Of a stretch of 64,000 bases of DNA, positions 14,331-28,629 are shown one piece after another. The translations under genes and the position numbers were made by a program. The notes under the pieces were generated by a model. It had not been told where the DNA came from and did no database searches. It was given only the letters and a program-made list of their open reading frames with translations. Position 1 is the first letter of the stretch. Each line of letters opens with the position of its first letter. Origin of the DNA: Eledone cirrhosa (Eukaryota); NCBI GenBank assembly GCA_964016885.1, contig OZ024741.1, positions 97,464,001 to 97,528,000 of the forward strand, given 5' to 3'.

Positions 14331-14899
14331 ATCACCCCCAGTGATTCGATCACCCCCGGTGATTTTAGCGTGACACCATCACGCTGTAGACGAACATAAA
14401 TAAATCAACAAATAAATAGATAAAAACTTTTTAAAATAAACATGAGTTTCATTGTAATGTCTGAATGTCTGACTTAGTTTTTTTTTTGTATTTTTTTCCT
14501 TTACGTATTTCGTTTTTCAAGGCCAGTAGCATCGGTTACTAATGTTGCTGTTGCTGCTGTGCTGTTTTGATTTTAGCTTCGTGGGAAATAGGGATGGTTG
14601 CGTTCAAAACTTTTGAAATTTGTTTCGACTTGTTGTTTATCATTATGAAACGGTAAACAACGTTCAGGTCAAAAGTTTTAAAGCTGCCCCTGTAGATTTC
14701 ACCAGGACTACGACGGCTACATTCATGCCTGTCGTCCACTCTACTTAATGTGAAGGCAAAACTCAAAAGCTACCATCACAACCTTCTGTGTTAGCAGCAG
14801 TATCATCTGAAAACGACATCACCACCACCACCGCCACCACCACACCAACAACAACTCAGAACAATAACGATAATAACACCGGCCGTTTCAATGTAAACA

Positions 14900-17800
14900 C
14901 GGATCGCGGTGACAACAGCAACACAAACAAAAGAACAACAACAACACCAATAATTCTCTAAAATGCTCGGTTAGCATATAAAAAAAAAAAGCGTGGAGGC
15001 TAATTAAACGGGAGAAGTCCTGGGCAAACCTGACCATCCCGGACGGAGCGATAGCGGCCATGCAAAGGAGGACGGTGTACTTTCGATGCATTTCGGTGCA
15101 GACACGAAAAGTGAAACTTGCCAGCCAAGCAGAGGTTGAGGCTTCTTTGGAGTACATCGGAAGTAACATAGGGTATAAAGCAAGAGGCAAACAGTTCGGT
15201 ACCATCTCGGTACTGTTCAAAACCGAGGCCCTTGCTATTAAGCACTCAGTGACCCCTGCAGAACGGAACGCATTATCATGCATCCGTCCTACATGGGTAA
15301 AAGGACAGTACAGGTCCGCATTCCCAGCATCCCACCAGGAGTGAACATATGGTGGCTGTTGGGATGCGTAATCGAGGAGTGTACAGACACTACTCTCCTG
15401 GATATCAAAAGGACAGAGAGAGAGGACTGGTCCGGATTGGATTTGGAGATTCTTCTCCAAATGAAACCGGAGGACATAAATAACATCCCGGATTTTGCCC
15501 GCCTGCAGGACGGGACAACAATCCAACTAATTACTGATGGAAGAAGGCCACGCTGCTTCGTCTGCGGAGAAGCAACGCAACTTCAAGCCTTCTGCATTCA
15601 GCGCAAAAATGCGGGGGCTCGCAAACCTCCTTTGTTGTCAACGCCAGTGTCAGCACGGAAAGCTGCACCACCACCACCACCAAAAACAACACCAACAAAG
15701 ACACGGACACCAACCTAAAAAACAGCCGGATCACCACCAACACCAAAACCAATCCAAGGGGAAAAAGAGGACAGCTCTCCCCCTCCCTGTCCCGTCCCTC
15801 CCCAATTATACACATAGACAAAACAATAAACGCACCCACAGACACAGAGACACTCACAGCCACAGACTCTTTGTCTTCCACCAGCGAAGATGAAGGAAAA
15901 CTCAAAAGTGCAAAAAAGAAAACAGAGAAAACTCACCAAAAAAAAGCCCTAACAAAACACAAAAACATACACAACAAAAAATACAGACACCACTAACGCA
16001 AACACTTCCCCAATAACATCAGCACCAACAGCAGCATCGACACCACCCCCACAATCCGCGAAACGCAAACAACCTAAACAAACACAAGTACAAATAAACA
16101 CACAAATACCTGAAATTGCAGACACAACACCTACAACAAACACAGACATACCCGAAACAACACCCCCAAAACCATCACAAATACAGTCACCAAAACGAAA
16201 ACAAATAAAACCACACCAACAAAATGTTAAAACTTCGTGCTTGTCAGAAGGGCCAACGAAAAACTGATGGCCTTCTTAGCACGAAGCGAGGACCTTCAAA
16301 CAGAGGGGGAGATTTTTTAAATGAGCACATTTTGCGTGCCAGAAGATTTGCTTCTGGTTCGAATGTCACTAAATTCCTTCAAAGAAATTCGAGAGAGCTT
16401 TCCTCAAAACGTGGGAATCCCGAATGTGAAACCCACATCGAGACTTTTAAAGGGGTTCCCAAAAGAAACCCCACCAACCATGTAGGGCGAACCACCCGAC
16501 CTTCACAAGAACCCGGGAGGTAAGTAAACCTTCCCTCTCTCGCTTAGCTTACCAACATGGCCATATTAAGAGTAGGATGTTTAAATGTTCGAGGCTTGGG
16601 ATCGTCCTGGAAGCAGGATCACCTGCTCAACGACCTCAGGTCGCTGGAAATGGATATGATTGCCGTCAGCGAGACAAGAATTTCCGACACGCGCGCACTA
16701 GCCCCATTTTCGACGATTATCAGATTTTCGCATCTGTTAGCCGGCCGGGAATGGGGGGTGGGGGTGGCAGTGCTGTATAGGAAAGGACTGGATCGTGAGG
16801 TAAGGTCGATCTTCCGGGACCCGGACGGTAAGTTGGTGGTGTTGGATGTTAGCAGTAGTGAAGGTGGTGCCTTTAGACTACTGGCTGTCTACGTCCCTAC
16901 AGAGGCCGGAGGACCAGACTTCTTTAGGCGCCTGGGGACCTTTCTGGGTACGTCTCGCGCTTTACTGTTAGCGGGGGACTGGAATGGCATCTTAGACGCA
17001 CTCTGGGATTTAGTGGGAGTAGCCGATAGGAGTGGGAGGGGTGCAAAAGCCTCAAGCACCTACTCAGCCAGTTCCAACTGTCTGACTGGTATCGACTAGA
17101 TTTCCCCAATTTGCCAGTATGGACATGGACAAACCGAATGGGGTCATCTAGATCGTATATAGACATGATCTTTATTAGGAAAATAGATAGAAATAGTGCA
17201 GGCTGCCCACTTTTTAAAACGGTCGCCTATTCAGATCACAAATTTGTGATCTGTACGGTCGACCGAGATGAAATGCGTAGGATAGGACCGAGTTACTGGA
17301 AGCTAAACATGTCATTTCCGGCACGTAAGGCTTACAGAGACCGAGTCAACAATTTAGTTAAGAAAAAGTTGACAGGGGGGATCATCAACAACAGATGGTG
17401 GGGCCTCTCAAAAGTGAGATTAGAGTAACTTCGATAGAGTTCAGCAAAGAACTAGCGTTGGAGAAAAAATAGAATGGAGGGGGAGCTGGTAGATAAATTA
17501 GATGAGGCTATTTGTAGGGGCATTGCAACTGACGTGCTAGCGGCGAGAATGGCATTAGACCATTTCTTCAATGCGAAACACGAAGGTTGCATTGTCAGAG
17601 CTAAGGCGCGTGCGCTGAGAAACGAGGGAACCAAAGTTGTTCGATGAGCCCGCGTGGCGGAGGCGCTGCGTGGTAATAAAACCACAATTCGGTCTTTGGC
17701 GAACCTAGACGGACACGAAATAAGCGATTACAAGCGGATGTGTGAGGCCTTTCACCAGCACTTTGCTCGGTTGTTCGGGGAGAGTGGCGAGTCAGAGTGA

Positions 17801-19985
17801 GCAGCGGAATCCAGTCCCTATCTTGACGGCTTGCCGCGCATCTCGACGGTCGACGCTGAGCGCTGCGGAAGGCCGATTACTAAAGCCGAAATTCAGGACG
17901 CCCTGACGGCTACATGAGGCGCAAGTCACCCGGTTTGGGGACCTGCCCTACGAGCTTTACGTAAATATGCTAGACTTGTTCTCCGATCTCCTCAAAGAAC
18001 TCTACTGCAACTGGAAGCAGAATGGCAGTATTCCCAGTTCTGTGAGTAGAGGAGTGGTGACGCTGATAAGGAAAGACAAGAACAGGAGGGATACAGACAA
18101 CTTCAGGCCCATAACTCTGCTCAACACAGAGTTTAAGAATTTGGCCAAGGTGTTAGCAAAGAGATTGGCGCTTGTCGTCGAGGCGCAAACTTGGGCAATC
18201 CCAGCCAGGTCCATACACGACAACTCCACCTCATGCGATACATCATAGAGAGGGTCGGGTGTAAACCTGGCTTCGGTGGGGCACTGATCAATTTCGATCA
18301 ATCGAAAGCATTCGATAGAGTAGACCATGGATATCTGGAGTTTGTCCTCAAAGCAGATGAATTCAGCCCTGTCTTCAGAAGCTGGATCGCTGCAATGCAC
18401 AGCGGCACACGCTCGGTGGTCAAGGTTAATGGCCACCTCTCGGAACCATTTCGGCTCTACCGATCAGTCCGTCAAGGGTGCCCTCTCTCTTCCCTTATGT
18501 ACGCATTGACTCTCGAGCCTTTACTGCGGAAGCTGGAGCTGTTGCAGGGCATCCCGCTCTCACCGGGACGTGGAAAGGCGGTGTCGGCTTATGTGGACGG
18601 CATCACCGTGATGGTGTCGAGCACCTCAGAAATTGTGGTGGTCGGCACCTTATTTAAAGAATATGAAAGGTTGACAGGAGCCAAACTTAACCCGGAAAAG
18701 TCGGTGAGCTTGCAGCTCGGAAACTGGAGAGGTAAGTCCATGCCGTGCAACAACTTCGCGGGGCGCCGGATGGACGGACCGGTAAAGTTGCTCAGGATTT
18801 AGTTCGGACAAGACCTCCAGGTGGAAAAGAATTGGGACGAGGTAACGAGCAGATTGCCAGTCTCACCCAAAAATGGGCTGGGAGGAAGCTATCACTGAAA
18901 GGTCGCGCAGAGGTGGCGAATGCGTACAACGCGTCCGTCATATACTACCGCCTGACCGTCGTGCCTTGGCCCGTCCGCGCCTCGTCAAGTTGGAACGGCT
19001 CCTCTTCAAATTCTTGTGGAGGAGACAAGTTCCGTTGGTGAGGCGGTCCATCTGCTGCCAGCACCCTCTACGTGGAGGGATAGGCATGCCGTGGCTAATG
19101 ATGCGCAGACATGCGTTGAGGCAGCGATATCTCCAGAATTCTGCCTCAACGGTGAACAGGTGTGGTCGCCGTTTATCAGACGGGCCTTTCCGCAGCTCAT
19201 TTCATTGACTGAGCTGCAGTCCTGGGTCAAGAGGAGACCGAGACTGGGTGACTGGCACCTGGAATGTTGCCAGGCACTCACTGCCCTCTACCAAGCGGGC
19301 AATACGATCAGTGGAACTTCCACTCTCGAGTTCTATAGAGGATTAGTGGTAGGCCTCGACGAAGTCAAACTGACCAGTCTGTACCGGAGGACTTTCGAGC
19401 CGGGGACGATGCACAATTTCCAGAAATCCCTCGCTTGGCAGTGCTACCGGGGGGCACTGCCGGTTCGGGATAAACTCTACAGGCACGGAAGTGCTGTCAG
19501 ACGGGCCTGCCCAAGATGGGCACAGACTGAAGACAGACACTTTGCTCTTCGGCCAATCCCTCATCAACTTCTTCAAGTTTCACCTGGAAAGGAAGGTGAG
19601 GGTGGAGAGAGAAGTGCTGCCCCCCAGTACATTTGCTAAAAGGCGGATGAATGTGGTGAGAATGTCTCGTGTGAATGGGCCTACTCTGACCATGTGCCTA
19701 TACGCTAGCTAACTTGAGGAGAGGGGTGCTCTGCATGGGTGCCCTAGAAGTGCAGGGTGGTTCAGGATTGGTGGGTACCCGAGTCACCCCACGGTCGTCC
19801 ACCCCCTATCGGGGAATTTATTTTGTTATATTTATGCATACTTTATTTTATATTTTTATATCATCATTGTTAAATTAGTTTTGTCTTTGTGCATTTTTAC
19901 TCGACCTGATTGTAACACCCCCCCCCCTGTCCTTGTCTTTGTATTGTACCCTACATGTCGGCCCTGTGGCTAAAAAATGAAATCA
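14900..19985 (+). mobile_element. Tx1/L1-like LINE copy 1 (ORF1 ~14990-16523; ORF2 16557-~19712), multiply frameshifted, with an internal deletion near 19530
   Basis: ORF1 knuckle RRPRCFVCGEATQLQAFC. ORF2 has GCLNVRGL, GDWN, WTWTN, YWKLN, NFRPITLLN, DQSKAFDRVDH, RQGCPLS, AYVDG and LPVRDKL. Ends at gaaatc-attatt. The 5' boundary is uncertain. Confidence 0.9.
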
Positions 19986-19999
19986 TTATTATTATATTA

Positions 20000-20075
20000 T
20001 ACGGGGTCGATAAAACAAAGTACCTGCAAATCCCTGAGCAATTGCCGGCCCTGCGCAAAAAAAATAGAAACAATT
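20000..20075 (+). mobile_element. Diverged SINE 3' fragment in (ATT)n
   Basis: tacggggtcgataaaacaaagtacc...tagaaacaattatt. Confidence 0.75.
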
Positions 20076-20698
20076 ATTATTATTATATTATAGTTTAGAT
20101 TTGACATCGTTTGAACTAAACACTTTGAGAGAGTTTTAGAGATACAACAGGAATAATGTTTTTGGTGTTGTTGTTGCTGCTAGGTTTTGAACCGGGTCAC
20201 CAAATCAGTCTATTTATATCTGTTGATACCTTCGTCGCTTCTATTCATGTTTAGTGGGACTACTACCATACCTCTGTCTTAACATGAGGTAGTAGGAGAG
20301 AACAGCGGAGGTAGCGATGATGCAGTGGCGGCGGTGGTGATGTGGTAGTAGTACTGTAGTGATGGTGTTGATGTAGCCGTTGGTTTGGCTAGATTTTGTG
20401 TGTGGTAGTGGTGATGGTGACTGTGGTGGTGTTGGTGGTGAAATTATTAGCCTGTTGTCTGTAGCCATGTAGCCATTTTTCTTTTTTGACTATACTATTT
20501 CTGATCCAAAATTAAATATTAAATATTGGGGCCCTATGCCATAATGTGATGCGTTGTTACTTCCTGAGAGTTAACTGCAATCTTATGTTCCATTTGTAAT
20601 AAGAATTATTCTATCACAATTGTTTTAAATGCGTAAAAATCAAAAACTTACGGGAGCGATTCCATAACACTCTATCCACCACGTGCGTACCTTCCATA

Positions 20699-20735
<37 letters not shown>

Positions 20736-20736
<1 letters not shown>

Positions 20737-23700
20737 GGCGACCTACGTAGTAAATCGTATCATCGTGAGCTCCGCAAAGGTTTGTTATTTCCGTTTGTTA
20801 AAAATTGCCATTTATGGAAAATTTTTATTGTTAACTATATATAAGCGCACATGCATTGTTTTCCGAAAAGGACACCCAAAAAGATTGGGGCCTTGTGCCC
20901 AAAATTTAAACTTTTATGATTATCAAAAAATTTATTTGAAAAAAAAATGGCTAATTCACCTCTGCACCAAGCAGCTGGGAGCCTTTCTCACAAATTAACA
21001 CCTCACACCGACACCACCATTGTAAATGTTACTACGTTTGCCAACACTAAAAAAAATATAAGCAGTAGCAATATTTGAAATTTGTCTCAGGCAGACATTC
21101 ATTTCCCGCCATTACCAATGACTGCAGGTGTTAAAGCCGCCACCACCACCACCGCGACAACCACCACCCACACCACCACTGCGACAACAGAAACAAAAGG
21201 AAAAAATAAATCAACTCGTGATGTCGAAATGTTTTCAACCAAAATGGACTCATCCACACGGAACACCACTGACGTCATCATCACCATAACTGAAACTAAA
21301 ATTAACAATAACAAAAATAACGATAACAACAACAGCAACAATGACATTAAAAAAACCACCCTGAGTTTTGCCAGAGTAGCAAAACAGTGGGAAGCATTTA
21401 CGGTAACTCAGGAGGAATTAGAAAATGCCCCCAAAATGGTAAAGAAAGATGGGTACAGGGTCAGCCCCCCCCCCCACCCCACCACCCCACCCACCCACCT
21501 AATAAAATGGAGCATCGGCGCCTATGCACCGTGTCGTATCGAACACTTAATGTAAAATCGCGCCGAGTGGAACGGGCATCCGAGTCCCAAATCCAAAAAT
21601 CTTTGGGACATGTGTGGGAAAAAAACCCCACATCAGACGTTGATAGAAATATGGAACCGTGGACGTGTTCTTTGAAACACCAGAGGAGGCTAGAGAACAC
21701 TCCATGGCCTCATTAAGAAGTAACGCCTTCACACTCGTCCCAAGCTATTGTGGCCAGAGACTCGTAAAGATCAGGGTGACCCACGTTCCACCAGCCATCG
21801 AAATTCCCTGGCTAATAGCGGCGGTCCTCGCCGGCATCGAAGTCAACACAAAGATAATAGCAATAGCAAAAGAAAAGCAGGAGAACTGGTCCGGATCTGG
21901 GATGGAGCTCCTGATCCAAGCGGACAAAAAAGCATTGAGGAGATCCCAGAGGTAATAGACCTCACTGACGGCAGCCACCTCACCGTAATTGTCGAGGGCA
22001 GAAGGCCTAGGTGTGTCGTTTGTGGTGAAGGAACCCACCTAAGGGCTTTCTGCCCTCAGGCTAAAAGGTTGAGGCCACCTCTCCTACCCACCTGAGTGAC
22101 TCAACCATCAAGACCACCAGTAGCAGAGATGGCAGCAACAACTGTAGCAGCAACAACAGAAGCAACTATAACAGCAACAACCCCAGCAACAGGAGCAAAC
22201 CCAACACCACCACCACCAGCAAAACCAACACCACCACCACCCAACGCTTCAGAACTAGCACCAGCACCTACACGATCCACCACGCCACAACCAAAACTAA
22301 CGCCTGTGGAGGATTTTCCACTGCCCGGCCTATCACAACTGGAGACAGATTGTGACGACGAGGAGTGGGGAAACGGTATCAGGAAAAAAGAAAAAAAGAA
22401 ACCAAAAAAGAAAACAATTCTCTTCCTTCCCCCTCCAAAAACAAAATACAGAGGGAAACAAATAGATTAACAAACAAAAAAGTTAGGACAGATATGCCAC
22501 CATCCACACCAGCATCACCAACCCCATCACCCTAAACACCAACACCATCACCATCATTAACCCCAACACCACCATCACCTACACCACAAAAGTCACCAAA
22601 ATGCGAAACAGGAGCAAACCCACAACAAACGCAAACAAAACAAAACAACCAAAACGATACACACGACACAGCATTAAATTTGAACAACAACGGTGGATTG
22701 GCAGTATCGGTAGAGGGTCGGACGCCATGCTTTCCAGCATAGTTACGTACCTTTACGATCTGAGTTCAAATCCCGCCGAGGTTGACTTTGCCTTTCATCC
22801 TTACGGGGTCGATAGAATAAAGTACCAGTAATGCACTGGGTAATTGCTGGTCTTGTGCCAAAAGTAGAAACAATTAAATTTGAACAACAACCAATTATTA
22901 CACTACATCCAACACAACACCAGCATCGCAGAAAAAGACTACACAACAACCCAAAAATTCACACGACCTCCACACATACAATTCACTCGCATCACACAGA
23001 AAACGTACATGACACTAAAACAAAAAATCCCCAAAGACATCGGAGACTTCCGACAAACACTCTCCGGGAGGATTTATAAGGACATCCTTCCTCAGGAGGC
23101 CACAAGCAGTGAAAAGGATGGAAAAACCGTCCTTCCTCTACGAGAAGTAAGGTAAGTGGTCTTTACCATCTTTTCCACTCCATTTCAACATGACTTCACT
23201 TAGAATAGGCAGCATATATGCGCGTGGCTTGGGGTCGTCATGGAAGCAGAGCCACCTGCTCAACGAACTCAGGTCACTAAACATAGATGTAGTGGCCATC
23301 AGCGAGACCAGAATCTCCGAAGCACGGGCCCTCGCACCGATCTTCGGCGGCTACGATGTGTACGCATCTCCCAGCCATCCGGGATCGGAGGGAGGAGTTG
23401 CTGTGCTTTTTCGGAGAGGTTTGGATCTTGCCATACGGGCCATCTTCCTGGACCCAGAAGGTAAGTTGGTGGTGCTTGACGCGACCAGCGGAGACGGGCA
23501 AGCTTTCTGGTTAGTGGCTGTCTATGCCCCGACAGGAGCAGGGCGGCCTGATTTCTTCCGGCGTCTGGAGACCTTTCTTGGAACGTCCCGCTCTTTAGTG
23601 TTAGTGGGCGACTGGAACGGGATCTTAGATGCACGCTGGGATTGTGTGGGATTAGTGGATAGGGGAGGAGGGTGCAAGAGTCTCACCCACCTGCTCAGGC

Positions 23701-26700
23701 GTTTTGAACTGTCTGACAGGTACCGATTTGATTTCCCGAATGTACCAATGTGGACTTGGACAAATCGCATAGGGTCATCCAGATCATATCTAGATAGAGT
23801 ATTTTGTAGGGAAATAGATAGGTCAAGCATAGGCTGTCCACAATTCAAGATAGTCAGCTACACGGACCACAAATTCGTGATCTGTGTACTTGACTTAGAT
23901 AGGCTTCATAGACGAGGACTCGGCTACTGGAAGTTAAACGCGTCCTTACCAGCGCGCACGGCCTAGAGAGACCGGATTAGCGAACTAGTTAAGCGGGCGT
24001 TGACGGGTGCAATCGTCAACAACAAGTGGTGGTTTGCTCTGAAAAGAGCAATTAGAATAGAGTCCATTAGGTTTAGTAAGGCTTCAGCAATAGAGAAAAA
24101 TAGAGCAGCGGGAGAATTAGTTAGAAAATTAGACGAGGCGCTTAGCAAAGTCATCGTGACCGACGTATTTGCGACGAAATTGGCCCTTGACCAATTCTTC
24201 AATGCAAATCTCGAAGGTTCCGTTGTCAGAGCTAGGGTGCGTGCTCTCAGACACGAGGGGACGAAAGCAGTTCAATGGGCCCGAGTGGCGGAGGGGAGTC
24301 GTGGCAACAAATCCACGATCCGTCTTTGGTTGACCACGACGGCCGCATGCTACACGATCCTGGGCAAATGTGTATAGCTTTTCAGCAACACTTCGCACAG
24401 TTGCTCGGGGGCAGCGGCGGGCCGGATAGAGGGATGGACTTTTAGTGTCTACCTCGACGGTCTCCCATGGCTCTCGGCCACTGAGTCGGAGTGTTCCGAA
24501 AAGCCGATAACAGCCGCTGAAGTACGGGAGGCAATGACTAGCTGCACAAGGGGTAAATCGCCTGGTTTAGATGGTCTATCCTATGAACTTTATGTACAGA
24601 TGCCAGATTTGTTCGGAGGCCTCTTGGCGGACGTCTACTGCAACTGGCAACAGAACGGGAGAATTCGCAACAATGTGAGCCGAGGAGCTGTGGCGCTGCT
24701 GAGAAAGGATCCGAACAAGGGGGATAACATAGATAATTTTAGGCCCATAAACCTGCTAAGCACAGAGTTCAAGATTTTGGCCAATGTGCTAGCAAAGAGG
24801 TTGGCGTTTGTCGTTAGTGGTCTGGTGGGAGAGGCGCACACGTGCGCCATTCCCGACAGATCCATCCACGACAACCTCCACCTCATGCGATACATCGTAG
24901 AGAGGGTAGCTAGGTAACCTGGCACGGGTGGGTCTTTGATCAATTTAGATCAGTCGAAAGCTTTCGATAGGTTCGACCATCGTTACCTAGCGCAGTCCTG
25001 AGGGCGGCTGGCTTTGGGCCTGTCTTCAGAGGCTGGATCGCTGCAAGCACAGCGACATCTGCTCTGTGGTGGGAGTGAACGGTCACCTTTCGGAACCGTT
25101 CAACATCATGCGCTCGGTCCGCCAAGGATGTCTCCTCTCGTCCCTCTTGTACGTAATGACTCTCGAGCCATTACTGCACAAACTGGAGACGTTGAGGGGG
25201 TCCCGCACGAACTAGGATGCGGAAGATCCGTGTCAGCATATGCGGACGATGTCACCGTAGTGGTGTCGAACGCCAAACACATCGAGGCGATCGGCACTAC
25301 ACTAAGAAAATACGATGCGCTGACAGGAGCAATGATCAACCAGGAAAAGTCAGTGGGCCTGCAGCTCGGCACCTGGAGAGGCAGGTCCATGCCGTCAAAC
25401 AGCGTCGTCGGGCGCTGGACGGACGGACCGGTTAAATTTCTAGGGGTCTGGTTCGGTCCGGACCTCCAGACGGACAAAAACTGAGACGAGGTGACAAGCA
25501 GGGTAACTTCTCTCACCCAGAAATGGGCCGAGAGGAAGCTATCCCTGAAAGGTCGAGCGGAGGTGGCTAATGCGTACATCGCGTCCGTCATCTACTACCG
25601 CCTGACCATCGTACCTTGTCCTAAACCCCGCCTGACTGCGCTGGAGCGTTTACTCTTTCGCTTTTTGTGGAAGGGACGCGTCCGATGGTCAGGCGTCCAT
25701 CTGCTGTCAACACCCGCTACGTGGAGGGCTGGGCGTGCCGTGGCTGATGATGCGCTGACACGCGCTCAGGCTACGACATCTCCACCTCTTCCTCGACGGT
25801 GATCAGGTGTGGTCGCCGTTTGCTAGACACGTCTTTCCCCAGCTCGTCTCCTTGACGGAGCTGCAGTCCTGGGTCAAGCGAAGACCGAGAGGGAGCGCTT
25901 GGAGACTGGAATCTTTTCAGGCGCTCACAGCCCTCGACCAATCGGGCAATGTGATCGGTGGACACACCACCTTGGCGTTCTATAGAGGATTAGTGGAGGG
26001 GAAGAGCGACGACGTACTCTGAGAAACTCTAGGCGTCGACGAAAATCAACTAGCCAATCTCTTCGGAAGGACTTTCGGGCCGGGGCCTATGGACAACTTC
26101 CAGAAATCTCTGGCCTGGCAGTGCTACCGGGGAGCTTTGCCAGTTCGGGATAAACTCTACAGGCATGGAGGTGCCGTCAGCCGGGCATGTCTGAGATGCG
26201 CGCAGGGCGACGAAACCGTCCTGCACGCACTCGTCCAGTGTCCGAGCATTGCTGACCTGTTGGTTTATATCGAACACCTGCACCCACGTGTAGGACGGAT
26301 CCAGCTATCAGCTGAGTCCATCGTGAGGATTGCCCCGCCTTTCTTTTAGCCGGGAAGGGCAGGCTGTTTTTATCTGTCTGGTGGCCATGGCGAAAGAGAT
26401 AATATGGTGGACACGTTTGAAAGCGCTGAAGACGAGCACTTACCTCTTCGGTGATGCCCTGATTAACTTTTTCAAATTTCATTTGAAAAGGAAAATCAGG
26501 GTAGAGAGGGAAGTGCTCTCTTGCCAGCATTTTGTTGAAAGATGGGTGAGAGAGGCAAGAATGGCCCGAGTGAATGAAACTTCTCTGAGTATATGTCTGT
26601 AAATTAAAGGTGGAAAACTGGGAGAGGGCACTTGCCCTGGTGGTCAGGGTCACTGTGACCTTTTAATGGGCTTTCTCCACAAATGTCCCTCGGAAGTCTC

Positions 26701-26849
26701 CCCCCTATTGGTGAATTTTTCATTGTTATTTTTTCATGACATCCTCTGTTTTTTTTACACGCAGAAATGCCCATTTGTACCGTCCTGTATTGTCCTCTAC
26801 TGTCCTTAGTGTCTACCTTATGTAAACCCTTGTGGTTAATAAAGAAAGC
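20736..26849 (+). mobile_element. Tx1/L1-like LINE copy 2, near full length (ORF1 ~21082-23155; ORF2 23190-26602), degenerate
   Basis: CCHC RRPRCVVCGEGTHLRAFC; APE ORF 23190-23966; KSPGLDGL, AYADDV, CLRC..GDETVLHALVQC. Flanked by (TTA)n at 20700-20735 and 26850. Confidence 0.92.
22692..22872 (+). mobile_element. SINE inserted in Tx1 ORF1 with 19 bp TSD
   Basis: TSD attaaatttgaacaacaac at 22673-22691 and 22873-22891. Confidence 0.93.
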
Positions 26850-26898
26850 ATTATTATTACTCTTTTACTCTTTTACCTGTTTCAGCCATCCGGCTGAG

Positions 26899-27059
26899 GC
26901 CATGCGGACGATGTCACCGTAGTGGTGTCGAACGCCAAACACATCGAGGCGATCGGCACTACACTAAGAAAATACGATGCGCTGACAGGAGCAATGATCA
27001 ACCAGGAAAAGTCAGTGGGCCTGCAGCTCGGCACCAGGAGAGGCAGGTCCATTCCGTCA
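26899..27059 (+). repeat. Duplicated internal Tx1 RT segment (copy of ~25240-25397)
   Basis: atgcggacgatgtcaccgtagtggtgtcgaacgcc...gcagctcggcacc is near-identical to the source. Confidence 0.9.
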
Positions 27060-27124
27060 TAAATACTAAACATCCCACTACAATCCAATGTTGTATGCTT
27101 CAACATTGTCCAGCATTTTATCCC

Positions 27125-27220
<96 letters not shown>

Positions 27221-27226
27221 AAGGAG

Positions 27227-27262
<36 letters not shown>

Positions 27263-27279
27263 TAGTAGTAGTAGTAGTA
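27125..27279. repeat. Compound microsatellite (ATT)n(AGT)n(GCA)n(AGT)n
   Basis: Read directly from the sequence. Confidence 0.95.
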
Positions 27280-27986
27280 TTTAATTGGTGTTTGTAATCT
27301 TTTGTAATAACTGTATTTTCTACATGAGAAACTGCCGATGGATGTGAAAAATATATTATAATTCTTGGCCTCGAAATATGTACATCCCGTTAGTGCACAT
27401 GGTGCATTACTGACCAATAATAGCCCATTATCTCCATTTTAATGTGCTTTCCCGTGAATCTGGTTATGTAATTATTGAGAGTTAAACAAATTTCATTCAG
27501 AGTCTGGCGTGATAGTATCAAATGTCCTTCGCGCAATTATTTTGTTTTCCAACTCCATCCAATCTGGATAATAATTTCAAAAGAAAATTTCTTATTAATG
27601 CAGAGCTGTAGTTTTGTAATTACGTTGTTTTAGTGCAGATTCTTGAGAAATGGATAATTTATAATATGCTTATTTTGATACTCAAAGCCATAAAACTAAC
27701 TGATATGTTTTATTCGTTTTTATACGATTTAATTGAATTGTTCTGTGAAAGAGCCAGTGTAACGTTTTCCATAAATGATACTGTACAATTGGCTGTACTT
27801 TCTAGTGACGTATGCGCCCATATTATCCATAGTTATTTCTACAATTGTGAACATGTGTGTTCATATTCTGTCCTTCTAAGTCCAATTTCAATTGCAATAA
27901 AATTATACGAATATATGTCACTATGAATGTCGTTGTGATATGGAATATATCATGCACATGTCATTTAACAAAAATGCGTTATAATA

Positions 27987-28168
27987 ATTGTTTCTACTTT
28001 ACGCACAAGGCTAGCAAATACCCAGTGCATTACTGGTACTTTATTTTATCGACCCCGTAAGGATGAAAGGCAAAGTCAACCTCGGAGGGATTTGAACTCA
28101 AATCGTAAAGGGACGTAACTATGCTGGAAAGCATGGCGTCCGACCCTCTACCGATACTGCCAATCCAC
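27987..28168 (-). mobile_element. SINE, full length
   Basis: Reverse-complement match to the SINE family, including A and B boxes. Confidence 0.9.
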
Positions 28169-28504
28169 AATGACCCCTAGTTACAGCCTGTTTATAATAA
28201 AAGCATATGGAGTACGTATAAATACTAAACATCCCACTACAATCCAATGTTGTATGCTTCAACATTGTCCAGCATTATATCCCTAAATGTAAGGGTCTAC
28301 TATCATGTTTCAACCTAGAAAATCTCCATATAATTTGACGTGTATGCATGTAAAATATTTAATCAGCTATTGTTTGGCATACCTGTCTGTTTGTTCGTAT
28401 ACTATTATGACTTGTATAGATTTCCAATATATATATATATACATATATATAAAGCAACTTTGATGCGTTATGGTCCACCTGGTTCCTTACCACATTTCCT
28501 TCGT

Positions 28505-28629
<125 letters not shown>

